The notes under the pieces: model-generated | Seen by the model: only the letters and a program-made list of their open reading frames with translations | Told to the model about the DNA's origin: nothing | Databases searched by the model: none | Made by a program: the position numbers and the translations under genes | Assembly (NCBI RefSeq): GCF_004010195.1 | Contig: NC_057752.1 | Span: 5,521,754-5,585,753, forward strand | DNA: 64,000 nt | Origin: Chiloscyllium plagiosum | Taxonomy: Eukaryota | Direction: 5' to 3' | Shown here: in pieces, positions 54,601 through 63,827 of the stretch | How positions within the stretch are numbered: position 1 is the first letter of the stretch | Layout of the letters: the number at the start of each line of letters is the position of its first letter

Positions 54601-57600
54601 GATTGAGGATTAGAAAGACACATACGTTTTATTGTGTTACTTTAGAAAAGTACATTTTAAAAACCTAATTCAAAATCATTTGCAATTTTATCCTTTTCAT
54701 CAGTTGACCTAAATCCATTTGATTTGATTCTTTGATGTTGTATAAATGTTTGCTGTGTTTCTTAACCTATTATCGTAGATCTCAGAGATGCCCAAACCAG
54801 ATTTTATGTCTGAAACGCTGGAAGAGTTGAACATTGGAACATACAAGAACATTGCAGTGGTGAACAAAAATACTCCCATTTATGTGGCTTTGGGAATCTT
54901 TGTGGAAAAAAGAGTATCTGCGTTGCCTGTTGTGGATGAATCTGGTAAAATTAAACTCTTATGTTTATTGGCCATCTCAGCACATTTGGTTGTGCCGCGA
55001 GTTCACACAAGTAAAGCAGATCACATCAAAGGTTAGCTGTAACTGTTGATCAACACCACAATTTCTCAATAATAACCAAGCAGTTTTTACTAATGTAGTG
55101 AAATTTGGTTTCAATGCAATTTTAACTTTTCTTTGTAAATACTTTATTTATACAGGTTAAACATCACTCTGTTGAGGTTGGCTGGTCAGGATAGTAAAAT
55201 CTGCAGCAGTATGGATTATTAGCCAAAAGCTGAAAATAGACTGGATAGTCCCAATCCATTTGACTGCAATTCAGTCAAGTTTATCTTTCTCTTCTGGTTT
55301 AAACAAATCTAGCCTAAATGCATAAGTCATATGAACAGTAGCTTTACTTGGTCATTATGGAAAATCTACATTACACCGCTTGAATTAAATAGTGAAGACA
55401 GTCCGAATTCAGAGAGATTCACTTGCTTGCTATTGTGCCAGTGAGTAGAGAAGACCAGATAAATTATTTGCTCTATTCAATTTAATTGCTCCTAAATATT
55501 CTATTTCCAGTGTTGTTCTGACCTGAGGAGTACTTCCTGTGTTATGTTAACTGTGTTCCTGTCTTTCCCTATGTAGGGCGAGTCGGAGATATCTACTCTA
55601 AGTTTGATGTCATTGTAAGTATCTTGTAGCAGCATATATCTACTCAAATATTTTTTCTTATTGCTCTGAGACCATTCTCTAATTAAATGTTTGTACTTTA
55701 GAATCTTGCTGCAGAGAAGACCTACAACAACCTGGATATTACTGTAACAAAAGCACTACTGCACCGCTCTCAGTACTTTGAAGGGGTACTGAAGTGTTAC
55801 AAGCATGAAACCCTTGAAACGATTATCAATCGGCTTGTGGAGGCAGAGGTACAGGAAAAGGAGGTTTAAAAGGACAACTAATAGAACAGTTATTGCTTAA
55901 AATTATGGATCAGTGACATGTCAGAACTGTTCTAAATTGTCTTTTTCATTCACCCACTTGCGTCCTCCCCAGAAAATGCTAATATAGTCCTGCAACTGCT
56001 GGACACTTCCAGTTCATTACTCTTCCTGTGTGACTCTCGACAGAATTGTTTGGACAGTGGATTGGAGTGGAAACCCTGGTTTGTTTCTCACTCCACCATC
56101 CACTACCCTCACCCTCACCCCCCGCCCCAAACAAATCTGGAAGCACTGAGAGCAAAGTTGGTCATTCCCACCTCCCACAGTGCAAACTGGCAACTTAGTT
56201 AGGTTTGATTCACTGGGCAAGCACTGAACCATTGCAATATCCCCTTAAGTGGTGCAGAGAATTTTAAATAGTGCACACTACTTCTTGAACAGCTCTGTTG
56301 CCTGCACTTTTTTTTTGCAGTTGTTTGGTTTTACTGTGTATTTTTGTCTTGTTACCTGCCTTTAACACTCCTTAAAATGTAACACACTTCACCAGGCTTT
56401 TAGTCTTTTGGCCCTCGTATCTCCTTGGGTGGCTTCTTGTCAAATTTTGACATTCCTGTGAAGTACATTGAAATGTTTTCTCCTCTTAAAGGTGCTATGT
56501 AAATGCAGGCTGTTGTGTTTGCAGTTATGTTTTTCTTTTTCCTTCTCTGAAAGGAAGTGCCTAGTGCACAAAATAGTTGGCTTCCGTGATTGCATTTCCT
56601 CTTGTATTCAGCAATTTTTAGTGGATTCATAGGAAATTAAACTTCCCCAATTTTAATTTGGGTCAGTGAGAGACTGAAACTGTTTAGCTGGTGTCTCAAT
56701 CTCATTTTACCCTCCCATACACCTGAGCACAGGAGCAACCCATCCTATGGATCCCATTAATAACTTTTTGTGACAAAAGGGCTCCCTACACGAGACAGCA
56801 CCAGAGGTAGAAAATACATTACTGTTTAAAACTCTGCTGATTAAAAATCAAATACTCTCTCCATCTTAGTATTTGGAATAAACATTACAGCCTCTTTTCC
56901 AAATTCTGTTGTGATTGAAGTGAGATTTTTTTGATTTCTATTTATTTCATTTTCCTTTCCGTGAAATTTCAGGTTAAACCTTTGAATTTCTTAGGGTTTG
57001 ACATACCAATAGAGAACATTGTTGATTTTGTTGGAGACTTTAACAGAACAGACATTCCAGCAGCATAGCAGAAGGAATACCTCATTAATAACTGTAGTTA
57101 AAACTTGTGCATGGGTATCTTTCACTTCATTGAGCAGCAAATGGTAAAATCTCATTTCAAGGCCCCAGCATGACAGCAATTTCTTTATCTTTGAAGATTT
57201 GTGATACTGCCTTATACGGAAGTATCCATGGGATATTACAATTGGCCAGGAAGCACATCCTTTACAGTACAGATGAACTGAAAAAAATAGCAAAGCAACT
57301 TGGCAGCTCTCAAGCTTAGCCATGTTTGTTTCTCCCAGTTCCAATCTGTTGTTTTTCTCCTTGAAAATCTAATATCTGCCCAGTATCTTCTGCACTGTGG
57401 AGGCATGAATATGCTTCCTTCAAAGCACTGCAATGCATCACTACCTTGATGGAGGGAGGGAATAGAAATTGAACTGCCAAGATGTGTGAAACCAGCTTTT
57501 GTTTTTAGTTGAGTGAAAAGAACTAGTAAACTATTGCTAAAAAGCATTAATTTGTCATGAAATTAACCATTTCATAGCTACTTGTTACTGATCAGGTCTT

Positions 57601-58670
57601 TTCCTATTTGTAGGTTCATCGGTTAGTGGTAGTTGATGATCATGATGTGGTAAAGGGGATTGTCTCACTCTCTGATATTCTACAGGCACTGGTGCTGACT
57701 GGAGGAGGCAAGTATATACTCTACAATCCAGTTGTTAAAAGCAAGTAAAGATGCAATTGTGGCTCTCGATCTCTATTCCTTTGAACGTATCATGTAATAT
57801 CAACCTCTGCTCGATCATATAGAGTGTGTATTCCACCCTGTTAGAGACAGACTAACCCATACTGAAACCACTCCAAATGCTCCTCTCATTCCTCTTACTG
57901 AGGAGTATGGCAACCTCTGCTCACCCAGGTATTGGTTGCCTTGGGTAATTTCTTTCAGAAGAAACATCGTTTGCATTGGGTTTAAGATAAACTGAATGTC
58001 TTTCTCGCTGAGTGGCACAAGATAAATCAAGAGATGGATCAAGGTTTCACTTTTGTAAGAGTCGTGAAAAGGCACATTCATTTTGGTTCATATTATTTTG
58101 AATTTAATGAGATAATTGTTAAGCCCTGATCTTGTTTTGTGTGTGCATGTGTGTGTGAGAGAGAGCGAGAGAGATAGAACTGTGGTGGCAGTGGTAATTC
58201 ATGGTATTAGAAGAAAGGAAAGGTTCACAAAGAAATCTCAAGATAGGTCACATTCTAGTGTGATAAATTATTGTTTTATTGAATTTTATCGAGGAGCATA
58301 TTAATATTGCAGTCTTTGCTGCCATGGTATAATGTTGATGTCTAAATAGTTATTGCTGTCTTAAGTTACATTAACAGACTTGTACAAAAGAAAGGTCTGT
58401 CTCATCCTCATCCACTGAGATTGATTCCAGTGATGTGATTAGCTGGCTATTGAAACACTTCCTCGTGTTCGTTCTTGGATTGTGAACCAGTGTACCTGCC
58501 CTACATAACATTGGTACTTTGTCTCACTGCCTCACTTTGGTAAAGTTTAATTAAGACTTAGTGGCTCTTAATATGCTGAGTGTTTAACCAATCAGATACT
58601 CCAACATGACAAAACATGAAGTGTTTTCCTAATTTTCTCCTCAGGTAATTCTTCCAAGCTTGGACAGTGA
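589..58670 (+). CDS. PRKAG1: AMP-activated protein kinase subunit gamma-1, spliced gene of 13 coding exons: join(589..597,27159..27207,35251..35357,42463..42544,44958..45016,45861..45906,48629..48683,50224..50350,54779..54944,55577..55614,55702..55848,57614..57707,58645..58670)
   Basis: Exons join in phase into a 1005-nt [190 protein letters not shown]...[32 protein letters not shown]...[44 protein letters not shown]. This is recognisably AMPK gamma. The short N-terminus and ...LVLTGG ending favour gamma-1 over gamma-2 or gamma-3 (recalled sequences). Confidence 0.92.
2075..2170 (-). mobile_element. tRNA-derived SINE head fragment (similar copy at about 22178-22268)
   Basis: Minus strand shows TGGCACAGTGG (A box-like) and GGGTTCAACTC (B box-like). 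Confidence 0.5.
3372..4396 (-). mobile_element. Tx1-like non-LTR retrotransposon, 5'-truncated copy 1
   Basis: Minus-strand ORFs encode GDLGWRVLH...CLFCG...GCGRL...[14 protein letters not shown], a Tx1/L1 ORF2 C-terminal zinc-binding region, frameshifted. A-rich tail at about 3372-3395. Confidence 0.8.
4453..5466 (-). mobile_element. Tx1-like non-LTR retrotransposon, 5'-truncated copy 2
   Basis: ORF 4694..5254 contains [14 protein letters not shown] (CxxC...H...C). Tandem homologue of copy 1. Confidence 0.8.
5521..5680. mobile_element. Non-autonomous Tc1/mariner (pogo/Tigger-like) MITE
   Basis: TA|CAGAGGAACCTTGATTATC ... GATAATAGAGGTTCCTCTG|TA: terminal inverted repeats with a TA target duplication. 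Internal repeats of CATTCGATTATCCGAA. Confidence 0.85.
5770..6300 (+). mobile_element. Old CR1-type LINE 3' fragment
   Basis: Degenerate similarity to the RT C-terminal and 3' region of the other CR1 copies. Confidence 0.6.
7655..8005 (+). mobile_element. Deu-domain SINE (SacSINE1/AmnSINE-like)
   Basis: gcagtactgagggagtgctg...aaactgaggcccc...agatccca...gaagaa matches the recalled Deu core. Related copies at about 45440-45670 (+) and 31880-32220 (-). Confidence 0.55.
8664..11870 (-). mobile_element. CR1/HER1-type LINE, about 3.2 kb, frameshifted ORF2 (endonuclease + RT) and end of ORF1
   Basis: Minus ORFs contain [40 protein letters not shown] and KFADDTK. The 5' part (about 11640-11770) reads FLDHWNLF...[11 protein letters not shown], resembling the CR1 ORF1 SGNH esterase. 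Confidence 0.93.
12488..12622 (-). mobile_element. Penelope-like terminal fragment (family A) with decayed hammerhead motif, nested in a CR1 tail
   Basis: Minus strand CTGATGA-A-GGGT-TTAC-GTCC-AAAA-CATC. Flanked by agtcatagagct (12476-12487) and agtcataaagct (12623-12634). The CR1 tail continues to about 12726. Confidence 0.7.
14962..15236 (-). mobile_element. CR1/HER1 3' fragment
   Basis: [23 protein letters not shown] peptide. Confidence 0.88.
15927..16238 (+). mobile_element. HE1-type tRNA-derived SINE (B box deleted)
   Basis: Homologous to the 44168 copy but lacks the GGTTCAATTCC segment. (AATCT)n tail. Confidence 0.85.
16250..17040 (-). mobile_element. Old CR1-type LINE fragments
   Basis: ORF 16431..16628 ([20 protein letters not shown]) resembles the CR1 ORF2 C-terminus. 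Confidence 0.6.
18070..18627 (+). mobile_element. CR1/HER1 3' fragment
   Basis: ORF 18279..18551, MRGMDR...RGHRFRVRG...WNELPEE. Confidence 0.9.
18635..18815 (+). repeat. 3' end of another LINE-like repeat (related copies at about 49850-50065 and 61040-61170)
   Basis: Shared motifs gttcaagaag..ctcac.accac.ttctc and cactg.gtca between the copies. Confidence 0.5.
20503..21265 (-). mobile_element. CR1/HER1 3' fragment
   Basis: ORF 20788..21267, QRDLGVQVH...[13 protein letters not shown]. Confidence 0.9.
22700..24400 (-). mobile_element. Cluster of old CR1-type fragments (interrupted by the SINE at 23152)
   Basis: ORF 23911..24138 ([16 protein letters not shown]) is a decayed RT motif. 3'-tail-like sequence at about 22720-22800. 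Confidence 0.6.
23152..23479 (+). mobile_element. HE1-type SINE
   Basis: TGGCTCAGTGG A box, GGTTCAATTC B box, body homologous to the other copies. Confidence 0.88.
27159..27207 (+). CDS. PRKAG1: PRKAG1 coding exon 2
   Basis: Pyrimidine tract + cag| then 49 nt ([16 protein letters not shown]+G) then |gtatat. Phase 0 to 1 fits the neighbouring exons. Protein similarity here is low. Confidence 0.75.
28725..29135 (-). mobile_element. Decayed CR1/HER1 3' fragment with internal rearrangement
   Basis: aaacagaccctttggtccaac...cccatatccctctaaacc tail similarity. Confidence 0.7.
29139..29497. mobile_element. Penelope-like element terminus (family B) as an inverted repeat
   Basis: Arms at about 29199-29349 and 29360-29495 are reverse complements, and mirror ORFs MFRF.WVG appear on both strands. 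INKH.D.DPIYHPL-like peptide. Hammerhead half-motifs at the outer ends. Confidence 0.8.
29911..30444 (-). mobile_element. CR1-type LINE 3' fragment (second family)
   Basis: ORF 29999..30280, RTRGHSLK...[17 protein letters not shown]. Confidence 0.88.
33459..33747 (+). mobile_element. HE1-type SINE (diverged)
   Basis: Homology to the 23152 and 44168 copies. Confidence 0.82.
35251..35357 (+). CDS. PRKAG1: PRKAG1 coding exon 3
   Basis: ttgcag| ...[29 protein letters not shown] |gtaatg, 107 nt. Confidence 0.95.
35522..35768 (-). mobile_element. Penelope-like element 3' fragment (family B): GIY-YIG C-terminus plus hammerhead motif
   Basis: Minus strand translates [27 protein letters not shown], typical of the end of a Penelope endonuclease domain. 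Followed by ctca-CTGATG-ctacc-tagcat-ggtgac-GAAACATC-tgag. Confidence 0.78.
37150..38000 (+). mobile_element. Old CR1-type RT fragment (resumes at about 38393-38537 after the Penelope-like insertion)
   Basis: agtggtgtcgcacagggatcagtgtta (SGVAQGSVL) and [10 protein letters not shown]. Confidence 0.75.
38005..38388 (-). mobile_element. Penelope-like element 3' fragment (family A) with hammerhead motif
   Basis: Minus strand begins [10 protein letters not shown] (Penelope ORF end-like), then a pyrimidine-rich tract, then attc-CCGATGA-A-GAGC-TTATAT-GCCC-GAAACGTT-gattc (38094-38132). Confidence 0.75.
38932..39345 (-). mobile_element. CR1/HER1 3' fragment
   Basis: Colinear with 8664-9066. Confidence 0.88.
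40142..41937 (-). mobile_element. CR1/HER1 LINE, 5'-truncated, RT region
   Basis: [38 protein letters not shown]. Colinear with the 8664 copy. Confidence 0.93.
40388..40471. other. Assembly gap (84 N)
   Basis: Run of N. Confidence 1.
42463..42544 (+). CDS. PRKAG1: PRKAG1 coding exon 4
   Basis: atgcag| [27 protein letters not shown] |gtaagt, 82 nt. Confidence 0.96.
44168..44461 (+). mobile_element. HE1-type SINE with intact Pol III boxes
   Basis: A box TGGCACAGTGG (44170-44180), B box GGTTCAATTCC (44214-44224), taatctaatct tail. Confidence 0.9.
44958..45016 (+). CDS. PRKAG1: PRKAG1 coding exon 5
   Basis: ttgcag| [20 protein letters not shown] |gtacgt, 59 nt. Confidence 0.96.
45033..45051 (+). 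repeat. (TG)9 microsatellite
   Basis: Seen directly, 16 nt downstream of exon 5. Confidence 0.95.
45861..45906 (+). CDS. PRKAG1: PRKAG1 coding exon 6
   Basis: acacag| [15 protein letters not shown] |gtaaag, 46 nt. Confidence 0.96.
48000..48510 (-). mobile_element. Old CR1-type 3' fragment
   Basis: ccattcagcccttgagcctgct...ttcaata tail shared with the 29911 family. Confidence 0.65.
48629..48683 (+). CDS. PRKAG1: PRKAG1 coding exon 7
   Basis: catcag| [18 protein letters not shown] |gtaact, 55 nt. Confidence 0.96.
48975..49570 (+). repeat. G/A-rich low-complexity tract
   Basis: Dense GG/GGG/GGGG runs with strong purine bias. Confidence 0.85.
50224..50350 (+). CDS. PRKAG1: PRKAG1 coding exon 8
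   Basis: ttgcag| [43 protein letters not shown] |gtaagt, 127 nt. Visible in ORF 50111..50368. Confidence 0.97.
51050..51200. mobile_element. Penelope-like terminal fragment (family A), partial inverted repeat with hammerhead motif
   Basis: Minus-strand terminus at 51050-51160, followed by plus-strand CTGATGA-A-GGGC-TTAT-GCCT-GAAA-TGTC-gattc (51168-51200). Confidence 0.75.
51655..51865 (+). mobile_element. Internally deleted CR1/HER1 3' fragment
   Basis: caggtagataggg...cttgccttcatt joined directly to the 3' tail. Confidence 0.65.
53100..54260 (+). mobile_element. Decayed RTE-clade LINE fragment
   Basis: Peptide remnants [42 protein letters not shown] and FID in RT order, with many stops. 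Confidence 0.65.
54779..54944 (+). CDS. PRKAG1: PRKAG1 coding exon 9
   Basis: tcgtag| [55 protein letters not shown] |gtaaaa, 166 nt. Visible in ORF 54788..55036. Confidence 0.97.
55577..55614 (+). CDS. PRKAG1: PRKAG1 coding exon 10
   Basis: atgtag| [13 protein letters not shown] |gtaagt, 38 nt. Confidence 0.95.
55702..55848 (+). CDS. PRKAG1: PRKAG1 coding exon 11
   Basis: ctttag| [49 protein letters not shown] |gtacag, 147 nt. Preceded by an 87-nt intron. Confidence 0.97.
56340..56520 (+). repeat. L2-like LINE 3' tail (related copy at about 63400-63800)
   Basis: cctttaa.ac.c..cttaaaa...ctgtgaag...ttga...taaa.gtgct shared between the two sites. Confidence 0.45.
57614..57707 (+). CDS. PRKAG1: PRKAG1 coding exon 12 (extends to TAA at 57748 if the GC donor is not used)
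   Basis: ttgtag| [31 protein letters not shown]+G |gcaagt, 94 nt. Confidence 0.9.
58645..58670 (+). CDS. PRKAG1: PRKAG1 putative terminal coding exon 13 (GNSSKLGQ*)
   Basis: ttttcctaattttctcctcag| acceptor with a ctaat branch-like motif. Phase 1 fits the GC donor. TGA at 58668-58670. Confidence 0.7.
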
Positions 58671-61600
58671 AAGATGTGCATAAAATCTACCTGTAAGATC
58701 GACCCCACATTGAGACCTCACCGGCCTGGAAATCTTTTGTCCAAGGATATGCACCCATGGTGGCACAATGGTTTTTCACCAGCGCAGTGCTGTTTCATAA
58801 AACAGAGAAGGACCCTGGCTACTGCTCAGTATTGCCATTTTGATTGAAATTTGAACTGTTTCTGCACCTTTCTGCATAAAGCCATTGACTTCTGTGCCCA
58901 CTGAAATGATACTGCAGGTCAGGTCAAAGGAACTGAATCTTTCGTTCTTATTATCCCATCCTACCTCAGATGGATAGCTATGAGAAGTCTATTAATAGGA
59001 CTGGTTATTTCATTTTCTGAGCATGACTTTTTTTTTGTACTTTGATTTAAGTTTGATTATCTGTTCAATGCTTAATATTATCCAATTTATGTAACCAGAA
59101 CAGCTTGAAACAGTGACACTACTCCTGTTATTCACTGCTTTTACTCAAATGTGTTTAAAATTCTGAGCAATACAGACATAATTACTGAAAAACAGGTTAC
59201 AGAAATACTGTGTAATTGTCTTTTTGACTGAGGTGTTGGACAAGTTCAGTACCTAATTTATCAGACACCCACTTCCAAAAAAAAACCTGTTTTTGATGTA
59301 TTCTTTTATCCTTTGCAATGTGATGTCATTCACACCAAAAGATTGCAAGTGGTTATCTTAACGGTTTGATTTGCACGGTTAGATTATTTTTGCACTTCTG
59401 GCTAAAACACTTTTAAGGATCTGTGCCTCGCCTTCCTGGAGCCTCTCCCTTCAAATCCAGTTAAGAGACTGCATTTCAATTTCAAGTATTCCTTCCAACA
59501 GTGGAATTCCATTGAAAGTTTCTGCAGTGATATCACATCTTAAAATCACTTGCTATTTAAGGCAGCTTTTAATTTCAGATGGTCCTGTTCTGAAGTGGAC
59601 CAAATGGAGTTTGGCTTTTCAAAGCTACAACCACTGGGAAGAATGTCCAGCCTAACACCTCAAAAGTCTGAAGACAAAAGCAAATATCAAATTGGTTGTC
59701 ATGATACTTAAACAAATAAATTGTATTTCTTCATTCCTTGGAAAATGGTGATTATACATGCTTTAATTCTGGGCTGGAGTCTCATTTTTGTCACAGATTT
59801 TTTCCATATCATTTTATTGCTTATGGATTTGAGTGTCAGAAACTGGTTTATTTTTCATTTCTACAAACAAAACCAAATCTGAATGAAGATTGATTTATTG
59901 ATTTTTGATGTCAGACTCCTGGAATATTGTTGCACCGGGGTTGGAAGTGTTGCTGATCGTTGGAACATCAATTGGGACAATGGTTTCTTTTATTACCTTG
60001 AATTCTAGTTGGACCCAGAGCGCACACATGTGTAAGCCTCACACTACACCACTCATGAGATGTAGCTTTGATCCAGTTGTGTGCAGTGTGTATGGTAGTA
60101 TTCTGTGCTGATTTTTTTTTTTCTTTTGATTAGGTGGTAGTTTGCAAGTTGGTGGTTGTGGCTGGAATTTTGGACTTTCCGAAATGGCAACGCAGATGTT
60201 CCAATGTAGTTGGGTACTTTAGTTTCTTTTAGTCATGTATTTTGGTAAGACAATGCCTAAGCGGAGAGAGTCAGGAATTCTGATGTAAGACAAAGGCAGA
60301 AGCCCAAATTGTTTAGACTGAAATCTGATATCATCATAGCTGCAGTTGTGAATCAGCTAAATACCAGATTAGTCTGTGCTGAAGGTGCAAGGGAACCTAA
60401 TTCTTACAGCTGTAATAGCCTGATGCATGGTGTGTAGTTTTCTATTACCGTCAAACCCCACCATGCACCACCACCACACCGCCACCGCCCCCCCCCCCCA
60501 AAAAAAAGCATTAAGCAATATGGATTCACTCCACCAAGCACTCTGCTGGAATGAGACACAAAGTTAACTTCACATTTGTAAGTTGATTGTAATTAATAGG
60601 AAAAAATTATGGGTATTTTCTATGCTGCAGGTGCAAATGTAGGTTGAGTAATGTTGATGCCAGTCATTCTCCTGACATGGTTATATTGTCCTTGTACAGC
60701 AATAAATTACTGTAAACGTACAGCATGAATTTTGAATCTACTTTGTTGAGGGGATTATACTGTAAGTATCAAAAGTGAAGTAGAACAAATTTTGTAAAAC
60801 CAGCCTTTGGTGTGTAACCTTTAGACTTCAAAAAGCCCCAAGCCTCTCAGATCTTGTCAAGGCAACCACGTGATATTATTTCTTCCCAATTTTTTCCCTG
60901 CTTTCTACTCCCAACTCCTGAAGATGTTGCCTCTTTCTAGAGTGTGGTGCTAGCTGCCTTTGCCCAAGTGACCGTTCTTCATGTGCGAGCTAGTGGTGGG
61001 CTTTTCACAGCCAAAGCCATTCTTGTCCCTGCCTCACAGCGCTCTGGATGTCCCTACACCCCCAAGCACTGCGAAGGTTCAAGAAGACAGCTCACCACCA
61101 CTTTCTCCAGAACAATCAGGGACTGGCAGTAAATGCTGTAGCTAGTGACAGCCACATCCCATGCACAAAATTTTTAAAAAATTCAGGGTGCATTTTTCCC
61201 CTTTCCTATCCAAAGTGTATAGCATCCTGCTGGATTTTAACAAAGCTTGACTGTTCGATTCATAAATTTTTAAATTTATAATATGGCCCATTTGTGGCAC
61301 AATAGAAATGTATCTTTGGAAAGAATATAGTCTTTTTCAACTACACCCCATGCAGATATTCCAGTTTTGACTGCTTAATTCTGGAAAGTCTGCACAGCAA
61401 GGCTTCTCCAAAGGAAGTTGTTCACGATTGCTGAAACCAGTGCATTGTCCACTGGAGTGGACAATCACCAGCAGCAGTTCTACAGGCAATCATGAAAATA
61501 ATCAGTGTTGGGTTTACAAATGACTGATTACATGTATTCATTGGGACACGACTTAAATTGGCAGCATTTCATGTCATATTTAACTGTTATGTCATGGTGA

Positions 61601-62600
61601 TGATGTCACTAAAGAAGAAAGGCATTTTCTGACCACAGGAGATCTCAAAGTGCTTTACGAATAATTAAGTACTTTTGACGTATTAGTTTTTACATAACCT
61701 AGATAGAGGCCCACACCAGCTATTGAGGATTTGCTAAGTTTCCATGCTGATCTGTTCCTGTTGTGGGGCATCTTATTCCTTAGATACCAAAACGTTTGAA
61801 CTCCTAATGGTAATTGCAGATCAGAAATAAAATGGGAAATTAGTGGCAAAAATCGACATTTCTAGGTTAAAAGAATTTCTGTCCTTTTTTTTTGTAATTT
61901 GTTCCTCCTCATTTCCTCCCTCTCTTCCGGCCTTGTGTTGCTGCTGCTTCCTGTTGCCACAGCGATTCTTGCATGGGCCTCCAGCTGTCCTGCTGGGCAA
62001 GATGAACAAGCTCATCAGTTTTTGGGTCTAAACCAATAGTGATGCGATTGATGAATAATTGTAAATGTTTTCAAGTTCCATTCAGTGTGGAGTCCGAAGG
62101 GACAGCAAGAGAGTACCAAAGTTGAGCAGAAGAGTCCATTTAACATGTTTTGAGTATTGGCAGGGGGAGGAAAATCTTTTTCTTAATATGCGAAGGAAAC
62201 TCCCTCCCATCCTTGTAACATCTGTTTCCTGAAATAAACTTGCCAATTCTGTGCCACTTATGCATTGCTTTGTAGATTGTCTGAATTCTGTTTTTAAACC
62301 GTTCTGTGTTTTGTTAAATGGTTTCATATTTTGCTGAATGTGGTTTGTTCATTAATGTAATACAACTGAGTTGCATTTTAAAAAAGATAATTGCAATGGA
62401 ATCAGTGTGAACTTAAAGTGCCGTGGTTATTTCTTCATGGAGTCTAAATGGTATTTATCCCGATCATAGTCCACACACCTCTCTAGTAGAATAGTCTTTG
62501 CACTCTTTTTGCATTTCCTTGTGAAGATTTGAAATCTCACTGAAAGAAGTATTGATTGTATCATCAGCAAAACTAAAATAAAATGCTTCAAAACATGGGT
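58671..62600 (+). other. Probable long 3' UTR of PRKAG1 with several AATAAA signals
   Basis: Repeat-poor, AT-rich stretch after the stop codon. AATAAA at 59715, 60701 and 62577. The true end cannot be determined from sequence alone. Confidence 0.5.
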
Positions 62601-62969
62601 CACTTATTTTCAGGATTTTAATTTACCCACATTCCCTTCATTTCATGATGTGGTTCATTTTGCTTGATGTCTTTGTTATGATAGAGATACCAATGCAAGT
62701 TAATTAAAACAATATCATTCTTAAGATTGCTATCTGAAATTTGGAGGAAATTGAAGCATCTTTTATTTTGTTTATTTCTGAATGCCATAAATGTGTGACT
62801 GATTCTTGAATGGTGTGTGTGGTGGTAGTTGGGGGGGTTGTATTATGAATGTGTAATGTTCTTTCAAGTGCTGCATTGGGTTGAACTGTTAAACTGCACT
62901 CAACGTTGTGCTAAGTATCTTCCTTGTTATTGTTTCTGCACTCGGGTTTGACAATTCCACCTCCAACTA

Positions 62970-63175
62970 ACACAGTGCTGTAGAAACTCCTCAGATCTGG
63001 CAGTATTGATGGAGAGAGAAACTGGGTTAATGTTTGAATCTAGTATGACTCTTCCACTCCGAGGAAGTATTTTACCGGACTCAATCTTAACTTCGCCTCC
63101 CCCTCTCCCTCCACAGATGCTGCCAGATCTCAGTTTTTTCCAGCGCTTTTTTTTTGATTCCCAGCATCATCAATA
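62970..63175. repeat. Diverged inverted pair of a Penelope-terminus-like short repeat
   Basis: agatctggcag (left arm) versus ctgccagatct (right arm). Similar single fragments at about 7095-7215, 13370-13450 and 47790-47890. Confidence 0.5.
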
Positions 63176-63827
63176 TCTTTTTATTAAAAATGGAATGCAA
63201 TCTAATACCAAAATCATGCTATAGCATGATTTTACATGAAACAGCAAATAAACATAGGTCATGGTACAGCCGGAGTATTTTTGTGCTCTCAGTGAAGTAC
63301 TGTCGACACAGTTTTCATACCAGATGTCTTGTCTTGTTTAAATTCCAATGCACTCTGGGCTGACCCTTCCACATTCTAGCTTCTGTAAACTCTACATAAT
63401 TTAATGCTCTGCAGCCCCTATCCTAATCTCTCAGCAAATCTTATTTACCCACTGCCTCAGTGCTTGTTGGCTGACATTGGCTCCAAGTTAAGCGGTTCTT
63501 CAAATCCTTCCACAGCTTTGCCCTTCCCATCGCTACTGTCTTCCAACCCTTCAGTTCTCCAAGATCTCTGCAATCCTCCCATTCTGGCCTCTTGAACATC
63601 CCTGATTGGGATCATTCCTTCGATTGCCTAGGCCTCAAGCTCTGAGATACTGTCCCTACACCTCTCTGCTTCTACCTCCCTTTCTTCCTTTAAGACACTT
63701 CTTAAAACCTACTTTGACTAAACTTTAATTATCTAACCTAATAGCTTCCTTCTGTGAAGCATCTTGAGGTATCATATTAAATGTGCTTTTTACATAATAT
63801 ATTAACTAGGAGCCAGAAGTAGGCCAT

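Noticed and set aside
589..58670. Assignment to PRKAG2 or PRKAG3
   Set aside because: No long N-terminal extension, and the sequence ([28 protein letters not shown]) is closer to recalled gamma-1. A phylogeny would settle it.
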